From positions 1 through 64,000 of IMG/VR virus record IMGVR_UViG_3300031853_000025: a DNA stretch of 64,000 nucleotides; one strand, written 5' to 3'. Origin of the DNA: a virus. Taxonomy: Duplodnaviria > Caudoviricetes. The notes under the pieces were generated by a model that was not told the origin of the DNA, did no database searches, and worked only from the letters and a program-made list of their open reading frames with translations. This document shows positions 19,480 through 28,100 of this stretch, piece after piece. The first letter of the stretch is position 1; every line of letters begins with the position of its first letter. Made by a program: the position numbers and the translations under genes.

Positions 19480-21891
19480 TTATTTGGCTTTAATATAAAA
19501 CTGCGTGATTAAATAATTATAAGAAAATTCTGTACCATTACATCCATTATCAAATTTATATACTTCTGGTAATGCTACAGGCGTATTTGATTCAGTGGTT
19601 CTAACTAATCTAGTGAATACAGTATTTTGAATTTGATCTATTACAGCTGAATCACTATATGATAAATTTAGTTTTGCTGGAGATAGATCAGCGTAATTCT
19701 TAGTCAAAGCAATCTTAGACTCTACAACGATTTCTGGTAAGTGAGCATTATCAATACTAAAATGGCATAACAGTCCATCACTTGTGCTCATGGAATTAAT
19801 TATAGTCTTTAGACTAGTTGCTGAATCTTTAGTTAGATATATTGCTGGAGAGAATACTTCATATGTAGCAATATCTTTATAGTAAACGAAATTCATTCGT
19901 AAGAACTCTGTAGTCTTTTCTGTGTTTGTTACACTAGATAAAGCAGATAAAATTCTAGTTTTATCATCTACTGTATTTAAAGCTAGAATAAATTTATGAG
20001 TTGTATCTGTCTTAATCTTATTTAAAGTTTCTACATCTGGTACATGGTAAATGATTGGAGAATCTTTGATCTCATCATCTACGGAAACTGTGTCATAGGC
20101 AATTTTATAGTATCCTTCGGTAGCGTTCTTTAGTTTATAAATAAAGCAGTCGCCTTTTTCTGTTGTACTATAAGTTCTTCCATAAACATAAAATTTATCA
20201 TAAATATTATATTCAGCATCTAATACTCCCATATATAATTTATTAGATATGGAATTCTTTTTACTATAATCAGAGTATGTGGCTTCTGTACTTGGGGTAA
20301 TTACATTAGATAGCTTATCTTTTCTAAGTGTTAAAGATTTTGCTTCCATCGTTCCAGCAGTTTGTTTATAAATAATTGGATCGTATGAAAGATCATCATC
20401 TTCTGATGTATGAAAAATTGGATCATCTTCAAAACTTTCTTGGAAGAATTCTTCTTTTTTATCTAGTGTTTCATCACTTTCTGGGCCGTCTGGATTATAA
20501 TCTGGATTTGGATATTCTGTTACTTTAGTTAATTTATATGATGTACCGTCATGAGGATAAGACATATATGGATTTCCATATAATGAAAATACAGTATCAG
20601 CTGTTGGAAAACCTGGCTGGAAAATTCCCTTAAAGTCATCTCTATATTTAGAAAATACTGAGTCTGTCATTATATATATTGATGCTTGGTCTTCATTAGT
20701 ATTCTCTTTATCTACATAAATTGCAGTTGGCTGATAATTCAGTATAGGGTAATAAAATGAGGATAGCTTATATGTATTAACCCCATATGGGTGAAATCCT
20801 GTAGCATCTGATGCTGGGTATGCATCATCATATACTATTCCTAAAGGGATACCATCATCTGTAGTCTTATAATTTCTAGGTTCTACATTTGATAATTGAG
20901 GAAGTCTAAATGTAGTAGATCCATCACCAGTAGAAAAGAAACCACAAGCCCCATTATATTGTAAATATGTACCCCATAAATCATCTGAAACAAGATATGT
21001 ACCATTATCTGGGTCATTAATATAGTTCCATAGTTCTGGATAGTCGCTACGCTTTAATAAAGACCCATCAAGCTGTAAGAATCCCAATGCTCTAAGCTGA
21101 GCATCGGAATAAGAAGACAAAGAAAATTGTGGAAGAATAACTCCTACTGGATAAGGAGTCATTTTACTTCTAAAATATTTTTCAGCAATTTTACCTTTAT
21201 TGTCACGATCAATATTTGAAGTTTTATTTAGTTGAACCCACCCACGATCTTTATTATAATAAAACATATTTGAGCCTGAGTCAAATCTAATTTTATTTTC
21301 TACAATATCTAGTGAATCACTTACATAATAAGATGAAGCAATACAATAGTTTTTCATTGTTTTTACATTGACTGCTTGATTCTTATTATCTGTAGTAAAA
21401 TCTTCAATAGTTCTTATCGTCGGTGCAGATGTAACCATTGGATCAGATGATTTCATAAAAAATGAAGTATCTTTACCATTTAAATGAAGTGATTCATTTG
21501 CATCTACATCAACACGGCTTGGATTATCTCCATAAACAATATGACCATTTGAATCAATGGTTAAAACCATATAAGTCTTAGATGTATCTAATGAGTTATA
21601 TTTTGGATGTGTGTATTTATTGGCATAATCTTCAATACTAGCTAATTTCTTTTTCTCTTTAGCTGTAAATAGTAATCCCTGTTGCTGAACTGCTTTAAGG
21701 GAATCCATTCTATTCCATCTTTCTCTTTCTTCTTGAGTCAGATGGATTTCTTGATTATAAATGTGATCAAAAGATTCGTCTATTTCTTTTCGTAAAGAAA
21801 TAGACAGCTCTTGCTCTGTGACTTTCTCTAATTGTGGTTGAGTTAGTATTCTTCGTGTATCACTATAAGAGTGTGCTTTATTATCTCCCAT
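19480..21891 (-). CDS. Tail fibre protein with a phage tail-collar domain
   Basis: YPVGVI...LQLDGSLLKRSDYPELW...GDGSTTFRLP. Confidence 0.8.
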   Translation of the reverse strand: MGDNKAHSYSDTRRILTQPQLEKVTEQELSISLRKEIDESFDHIYNQEIHLTQEERERWNRMDSLKAVQQQGLLFTAKEKKKLASIEDYANKYTHPKYNSLDTSKTYMVLTIDSNGHIVYGDNPSRVDVDANESLHLNGKDTSFFMKSSDPMVTSAPTIRTIEDFTTDNKNQAVNVKTMKNYCIASSYYVSDSLDIVENKIRFDSGSNMFYYNKDRGWVQLNKTSNIDRDNKGKIAEKYFRSKMTPYPVGVILPQFSLSSYSDAQLRALGFLQLDGSLLKRSDYPELWNYINDPDNGTYLVSDDLWGTYLQYNGACGFFSTGDGSTTFRLPQLSNVEPRNYKTTDDGIPLGIVYDDAYPASDATGFHPYGVNTYKLSSFYYPILNYQPTAIYVDKENTNEDQASIYIMTDSVFSKYRDDFKGIFQPGFPTADTVFSLYGNPYMSYPHDGTSYKLTKVTEYPNPDYNPDGPESDETLDKKEEFFQESFEDDPIFHTSEDDDLSYDPIIYKQTAGTMEAKSLTLRKDKLSNVITPSTEATYSDYSKKNSISNKLYMGVLDAEYNIYDKFYVYGRTYSTTEKGDCFIYKLKNATEGYYKIAYDTVSVDDEIKDSPIIYHVPDVETLNKIKTDTTHKFILALNTVDDKTRILSALSSVTNTEKTTEFLRMNFVYYKDIATYEVFSPAIYLTKDSATSLKTIINSMSTSDGLLCHFSIDNAHLPEIVVESKIALTKNYADLSPAKLNLSYSDSAVIDQIQNTVFTRLVRTTESNTPVALPEVYKFDNGCNGTEFSYNYLITQFYIKAK

Positions 21892-21903
21892 TTATATCAC
21901 CTC

Positions 21904-22971
21904 TTATTTTTCTTCAGTTAAAGCCACTGAATATTTTTTGCCACCGCTTAAGAGTTTAAGTTTTCCATCTTCTACATAAAGCTCAAAGTCTTTTGCTTTA
22001 AGATGGTTATTAGATACAGAAACTCCATTGGGGTCATCAGAATCAATAATTTTAATAGCTGGGTTCCATGTCTTATCTCCACTACGGAAATACATATCAT
22101 TTCCAATAAAAATAAATTCATAAGATGTTCCATCATCTGTAGCACGCATACCAAATACAGTTGCATACGTTTGATCAGCATGACGTTTTAAGATATCATC
22201 GCTTAATTGTAAAGACGATAGCTCTTTATAACCATAGAATTTAAAAAATGAAGCATAGTCACTTGGAATAGTATTTACATCTAATTTTTCATTTAATGCT
22301 AACTGAAAATAAGATGCTTCAGTAAATACTGAGTTCCATTTCTTCTTTTCGTCATAAGCACTTAATACATTTTTTGGGCCAATCCAAAAAAGATTCTTTA
22401 AATACGCTTTATTATTATCTGGTTCTTCTTCTGATTTAGTATATGGATGCATATGGTTTAGATAGTAGCTGATATTAATAGCTTCCGTTTCCATAGCATT
22501 ATCAGTTGGGGTTGGAATATTTACTTTGCCTAAGAATACGGGGTTTGCTAGTGTAGCATATTCTGCTGCTGCTTTATTACCTAGCTTATCTGCATTAGAT
22601 ACAGTAATATCTAAATGTGATGGGTTATAACCAGCAGTAACGTGTCCATATTTATTAACGTCGACTACAAGGAAGTTCCCACCGTTTTCACCTAGCTTAT
22701 TATAAGTCGGATGAATATAATTATTTGCGTGCTCTTCAATACCATCTAATTTGACTTTATCTCTCCAAGACATCATACCCTTTTTAGAATGGGTTGCTTC
22801 TGGATAGTCTAAAATTAAATTCCAATTTCTTCGTTCTTCTGCGGTAATATGTCGTACATTATCTGAAATATGAGCATAAGCCTGATTGATCTTTTGTTTT
22901 AAAGATAAAGATAATTCATGCAGAGTTAGTTTATCTATCTCTGGATTATAAACCGGTTTAGAATCTGGCAT
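21904..22971 (-). CDS. Tail fibre protein (shared N-terminal module, no collar domain)
   Basis: KLTLHELSLSL...HISDNVRHITAEERRNWN...GMMSWRDKVKLDGIEEHANNYIHP. Confidence 0.75.
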   Translation of the reverse strand: MPDSKPVYNPEIDKLTLHELSLSLKQKINQAYAHISDNVRHITAEERRNWNLILDYPEATHSKKGMMSWRDKVKLDGIEEHANNYIHPTYNKLGENGGNFLVVDVNKYGHVTAGYNPSHLDITVSNADKLGNKAAAEYATLANPVFLGKVNIPTPTDNAMETEAINISYYLNHMHPYTKSEEEPDNNKAYLKNLFWIGPKNVLSAYDEKKKWNSVFTEASYFQLALNEKLDVNTIPSDYASFFKFYGYKELSSLQLSDDILKRHADQTYATVFGMRATDDGTSYEFIFIGNDMYFRSGDKTWNPAIKIIDSDDPNGVSVSNNHLKAKDFELYVEDGKLKLLSGGKKYSVALTEEK

Positions 22972-23003
22972 TTATTTTTACCTCCTATTGATTGGGATTA
23001 GAT

Positions 23004-23015
23004 TATAAATATGTT
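23004..23015 (-). promoter_or_regulatory. Late-type promoter AACA-N6-TA
   Basis: AACA tattta TA upstream of SD AGGAGG of 22971. Confidence 0.65.
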
Positions 23016-23092
23016 GCTGGGGGCATTTACGGCCGGTTATAGAGGATAAAGGCAACAACTTACAAATAATTTTATTTCCTAGAGGTGGATAT

Positions 23093-23350
23093 ATGAAAAT
23101 TTATAATGTAAGTTGGAATTTAGATGGATCTTATGAATTAGACGGTTCGTTAGATGAGTTATTCATTTTAAAAACATTTGATCCATTACAAATTAAGAAT
23201 GGTGAAATAATTCCATATAAAGTTATCGATAAATACGGAAAAATAAAAAAATATAAGCCTGATGTGGATTCAAATAATTTTCTTGCAGTTTTAGATTATA
23301 ATACTCTTTATACACGTATGGGAGTTAGATGCCTACTTATACAACGTTGA
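23093..23350 (+). CDS. Hypothetical protein (85 aa)
   Basis: SD GAGGTG before the ATG. Confidence 0.6.
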   Translation: MKIYNVSWNLDGSYELDGSLDELFILKTFDPLQIKNGEIIPYKVIDKYGKIKKYKPDVDSNNFLAVLDYNTLYTRMGVRCLLIQR

Positions 23351-23640
23351 CTGATTTTGCATCCAAGCATAATAAGATTAATTGTATTTATGCTATTGGA
23401 AATGAAGTTGGTATTCTTACATCTAAAATTCTTAATAAAGCATATATCGTTGGCTTCGGACCATATGGAATTATCAATGGTTTAGACGTATATAAATTCT
23501 ATCCACTTGAATCATCAATTAAAAAAGAAACTAGTGTAAATAATCTAGCAAGATGGTTTAAAGATAAATTACAACAACGCAAAATTGATAAGATGTCTGG
23601 TAAAGAATATCTCAATACGTATTTTGAATATATCAAATAA
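23329..23640 (+). CDS. Hypothetical protein (103 aa)
   Basis: SD GGGAG, overlaps the upstream gene. Confidence 0.6.
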   Translation: MPTYTTLTDFASKHNKINCIYAIGNEVGILTSKILNKAYIVGFGPYGIINGLDVYKFYPLESSIKKETSVNNLARWFKDKLQQRKIDKMSGKEYLNTYFEYIK

Positions 23641-23692
23641 ACAAAAAATAAAGAGAAGAGTCAAAAGACTCTTCTCTCATTATTGTGGCATA

Positions 23693-24025
23693 TCAGATGT
23701 GTCCCAAGGACTTACATCCAATGATGCGTCCATTGCTGTCACGGACGCTTTCGTTAGGGATGAAAACATCCTCTCTCTCTGGCACCCTCTGCGCCACAAG
23801 CGATGACACAATGAAAACCTTGCCATCTTCAGGCTCAGGCAGGTTTTCTACTTCACCAAACACGGTCTGCGTAACAGGGATGGTGCCTTCAGGGGTTACG
23901 ATTTCTCCAACTGCTTCGGTTTTTGACGACACTCGTGCAACCAAGCCGGACGGCTCGACTACAATTTTGCGGTCTCCAACTACGACGAAAACAATGGAGT
24001 GCGGTGTGAGATTCATGATCTTCAT
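23693..24025 (-). CDS. NLTPH-family small protein in an early cassette; candidate anti-defence protein
   Basis: MKIMNLTPH...EPSG.VARV...LPEPEDGKVFIVS.LVA...R.DVF.P...VRD..GRIIGC..L. Visibly more GC-rich than its flanks. Confidence 0.7.
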   Translation of the reverse strand: MKIMNLTPHSIVFVVVGDRKIVVEPSGLVARVSSKTEAVGEIVTPEGTIPVTQTVFGEVENLPEPEDGKVFIVSSLVAQRVPEREDVFIPNESVRDSNGRIIGCKSLGHI

Positions 24026-24102
24026 AATGTTCTCCTCTCTGGGATCATAGATATTTTTTTATATTGGATCCCAAAACCATGTAAGTATGGATACTATTTA
24101 TC

Positions 24103-24121
24103 CATTCACGTATATAATATA
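24103..24121 (-). promoter_or_regulatory. Phage early-type promoter, copy 3
   Basis: TATATTATATACGTGAATG. Confidence 0.72.
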
Positions 24122-24150
24122 TAATTAGAAATCTTTATTATTCAACAAAT

Positions 24151-24180
24151 ATCCCCTATGGAGAATTCTCCATAGGGGAT
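24151..24180. terminator. Perfect 30-bp palindromic terminator
   Basis: ATCCCCTATGGAGAATTCTCCATAGGGGAT. Confidence 0.85.
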
Positions 24181-24186
24181 TTATTT

Positions 24187-24468
24187 CTAATGATTATTAG
24201 TAGTATTATTTGTTGTAGATGAAGAAGTATTGGCAGCTTTAATATATCCGCCAAATACACCAGCAATAGTTGCTGATAATGTAGATTGATCCCAAATAAT
24301 AGCTAGAATTAAGCCTACACCTAAAAAGGTAATAATAGCTGCATCTAATAAACTAATTGGGAAGAATCTAATCTTTTCATATGCACGTTTACCAGAATCA
24401 ATAGAAATTGGTTTAAACATATCTGTTGGTGTTGGTTGTTTAATTTCGCTTTGTGGTTTATCTTCCAT
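24187..24468 (-). CDS. Small membrane protein, putative holin
   Basis: Hydrophobic segments LLDAAIITFLGVGLILAII and ATIAGVFGGYI, directly downstream of the amidase. Confidence 0.55.
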   Translation of the reverse strand: MEDKPQSEIKQPTPTDMFKPISIDSGKRAYEKIRFFPISLLDAAIITFLGVGLILAIIWDQSTLSATIAGVFGGYIKAANTSSSTTNNTTNNH

Positions 24469-24483
24469 AAGCTTTACCTCAAG

Positions 24484-25080
24484 TTAGGCATTGTCTTTCT
24501 GGTTCTTATACCATAAAGCTTTGCCACGTAGTACATTACCACCAGTTGCAGGGTCATCATAGTCTGCTGTATAAACTGGGCTTTCATCCGTTCCAAGGAA
24601 CTGGAGATCCCAACGTTCTACTGTAGATTGAGGGCCATAATCTTCATGAGCATAAAGACCATCCATATTATCAGCAGCTTCACCATGAGTCATTACATGC
24701 TTCATATCAATATTAAGCCAAAGTGCATCGGCTACTACCTGAATGCATTGAGCCATGGCTTCAATCTGCTTAGCTGTAGGTGGTTCATCACCGAGATCTT
24801 CTGAAGTTGCACCAGCACAGCAGTCTAGGGTAATACCTACAGAACCACTATTGCGTCGCCAAGTGTGTGTAAGTACATCAGAGAGGTCATCAGTAGACAC
24901 GAAGATACGGCCATCCTGGTCAATATTTACATGATAATCATCAAACTTCTGATGATAATGACCAGCAGTCCAATGAAGATAAATCTTCGGTTCGCGACCA
25001 TAGTCTTGAGCTAAACTCCAGATTGCTTCTCTAGCATCTGAGGCCATTGTTGAAAGTTCTTCAAGTGTTACTTCTCGCAT
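24484..25080 (-). CDS. Endolysin, N-acetylmuramoyl-L-alanine amidase (Amidase_2 type)
   Basis: IYLHWTAG, YHVNIDQDG, HTWRRNSGSVGI, VMTHGEAA Zn-amidase motifs. Confidence 0.88.
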   Translation of the reverse strand: MREVTLEELSTMASDAREAIWSLAQDYGREPKIYLHWTAGHYHQKFDDYHVNIDQDGRIFVSTDDLSDVLTHTWRRNSGSVGITLDCCAGATSEDLGDEPPTAKQIEAMAQCIQVVADALWLNIDMKHVMTHGEAADNMDGLYAHEDYGPQSTVERWDLQFLGTDESPVYTADYDDPATGGNVLRGKALWYKNQKDNA

Positions 25081-25123
25081 ATATTTAATACCTCCATTTT
25101 TTCAAACAATAATAAATAGGTCT

Positions 25124-25149
25124 TATTAGTGTGTTAAAACATACTAGTA
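25124..25149. promoter_or_regulatory. Back-to-back divergent late promoters
   Basis: Minus strand AACA cactaa TA (25124-25135); plus strand AACA tactag TA (25138-25149). Confidence 0.7.
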
Positions 25150-25177
25150 ATCGAACGAAAGGAGGACTACATATCTT

Positions 25178-28100
25178 ATGATTAAATTCAATGATATCTT
25201 AGATAAGATAGGTATGAAAGAATTATCTGATGACCTTGTCGTAAAAATTAATAACGCAGGTCAAGCAGCTATTACTAAACTTAATGAGCATATTAATGAT
25301 TCTACAGTTCATGTAACTTCTACAGAAAAAGATAACTGGAATTCTAAAGCTCCAAACCATTCTCCTAATTTTACTGGTGAACCTACAGCTCCAACTACAG
25401 TACAATCCACTAATAATGATCAAATTGCTACAACTCGATATGTAACAGAAAAGATTAATGCTTGGGTTCCTGATGTAGCTAATGAAGCTAAAAAATTAGT
25501 TTCAAAAAATAATTTCTCAATTAAAGGCGCTATTAATTCTTCTGTACAATCATTCGATGGTACAGGTAACGTTGTCTTAGTTGTGGATAATGTTCCGACT
25601 AAAAGTTTAGCTGGTGTAATTGATCCACTTAACTTAGATGGTACTTATAATATTAGTATTACTGGTACAGCTGGTTCTGCTAATAATGCTAGTAGCCTTG
25701 GTGGTGTATTAGCTAAAGATTTTGCTAAACTTGAAAGCCCTACATTTACTGGTAAACCTAAGGCTCCAACTGCTGAAGCTGGAGATTCCAGTATGCAAAT
25801 TGCTAATACGAATTATGTAACCAATGCTATTAATGCAATTCATTTCCCTGAAGATGTAAAGACCGCTGAAAAACTTAAGAATCCGGTCACATTTAAGATC
25901 TCTGGTAAGGTTATTTCAAATGAAGTAGTTTTCGATGGGTCTGAAAATGTAGATCTTAAAGTCACTACAGTTAATATCCAAGATCAACTAGATGCTTATA
26001 TGCCAACCAAGGTTAATAACCATACAGTTGATTCTGACGTACCTGTAAATGCAGTTTTCACGGATACAGTTTATACTCACCCTGATACAGTACAAGACCT
26101 TACAGGTAAATCCTATACTCAGGTTGTAGTTGACCGTCAAGGCCACGTAGTTTATGGTGCTAACCCAGATAATCTTGCTGTTAGTATCGCTGGTAATGCA
26201 GCTACAGCTACAAAACTAGCAAATACATTTAAGATTAAATTAACTGGTGATGCTGTTACAACTGATGCCACTGGTGTAACCGATGGTCAAAACGATGCAA
26301 CTCTAGCATTAGATTCTATCAATGCAAATGCTATTGCTACAGATAAAGATCATCGTCTTGTAACGGATGATGAAAAAGCAAATTATCTTGATAAATATAC
26401 TAAAGCTGAAATGGATGCAAAACTAGAAAAATTCAAATTAGATTCTGGTTTTGATATTATTGGTTCTTCTGATACTGAAGAAGATATTGCAACTGACTTT
26501 CCTCATCCAGTAGATGGCAATGTAGTTGTCGTTAAATCTACTGGGCTTTTATACCGTTTCAATGGTGTATCTTGGAGATGTATGGCAGAATATACATTAG
26601 TCACTAAGACTAAGAATGGTTTAATGTCTGCCGTAGATAAAGTTAAATTAGATGGTATCGAAGAAGGAGCTAATAACTATAAGCTTCCTGATAAATTACC
26701 AGCTTCTATGATTACTGAAGATGAATCACGTAAATTTATTACCTTTGATGAAAAGACTAAGCTTGATAATCTTTATACTAAAGATCAGATTGACCAGCAA
26801 ATTACAAGTGCAACTCCTGAAGCATCAGTAGATAAAGCTGGTCTTTTATCAGCGGCTGATAAGATTAAACTTGATAGCATTGAAACTGGTGCTAATAAAT
26901 ATGTATTGCCTAAGACTTTACCTGCATCTATTATGACAGAAGATGAAGAACATCGGTTCACTACAGATACAGAGAAAGCTTCTTATGCTGATAAATATAC
27001 TAAAGTCGAAGTAAATACTTTAATTAGTAACGCTACACCATTAGCTTCTCATACAGTAAATGGTTTAATGCGTTCTACAGATAAAGTTAAATTAGATGGT
27101 ATTGAAGAAGGGGCCAATAACTATACGCTTCCTGATGAACTACCAGCTAGTATGATTACTGAAGATGAAACGCATCAATTCGTTACATCTACTGATAAGA
27201 CAGTATATGCTGATAAATTTACTAAAGCTGAGACAAGAGATGCTATTGCTAAGGCTACACCAATTGTAACCACTGGTACAGCAGGTCTTATGTCTGCTGC
27301 TGATAAAGCTAAATTAGATGGTATTGAAGCTAACGCTAATAAGTATGTATTACCATCTACTTTACCAGCTTCTATGATTACTGAAGATGTAAACCATCGT
27401 TTTGTAACCGATCAAGATAAATCAGACTATGCTGATAAATATACTAAAGTCGAAGTCGAAGGACTTATTAATGCAGCTAAACCAGAAATCGTTACTAAAG
27501 AAGCTGCTGGTTTAATGAGTGCATCTGATAAAGCTAAGCTTGATGGTATTGAAGCCAATGCTAATAAGTATGTATTACCTAAGACATTACCAGCAACAAT
27601 GATTACGGAAGATAAAGATCATCGTTTTGTAACTGACTTAGAAAAGACTACATACTTAGATAAATATACTAAGAACGAAACAATTGACTTAATTGATGCA
27701 GCTAAACCTGGAGTAGTTACTCAGGAAATTAATGGTTTAATGTCTTCTACTGATAAAACTAAACTTGACGGTATTGCTGAAGGGGCTAATAACTATGTAT
27801 TGCCTGACACATTACCAGCATCTATGATTGTTCCAGATGAACAGCATCAATTTGTTAATTTAACAGAAAAAGCTTCTTATGCTGATAAATATACTAAGGC
27901 TGAAACACAGAATTTGATTACCACTAGTATTCAAAATGCAAATACAGATGGTATGATTTGGCAGAAAGATGTAAACTCATTTAGTGATATTGCAACTACA
28001 TATCCAGACCCCAAGAAGGGATGGACTGTTTCTGTAAACGATACAGGTAAGATTTATCGTTATAATGGTACAGAATGGGTTTCATTATCTGGTTCAGGTT

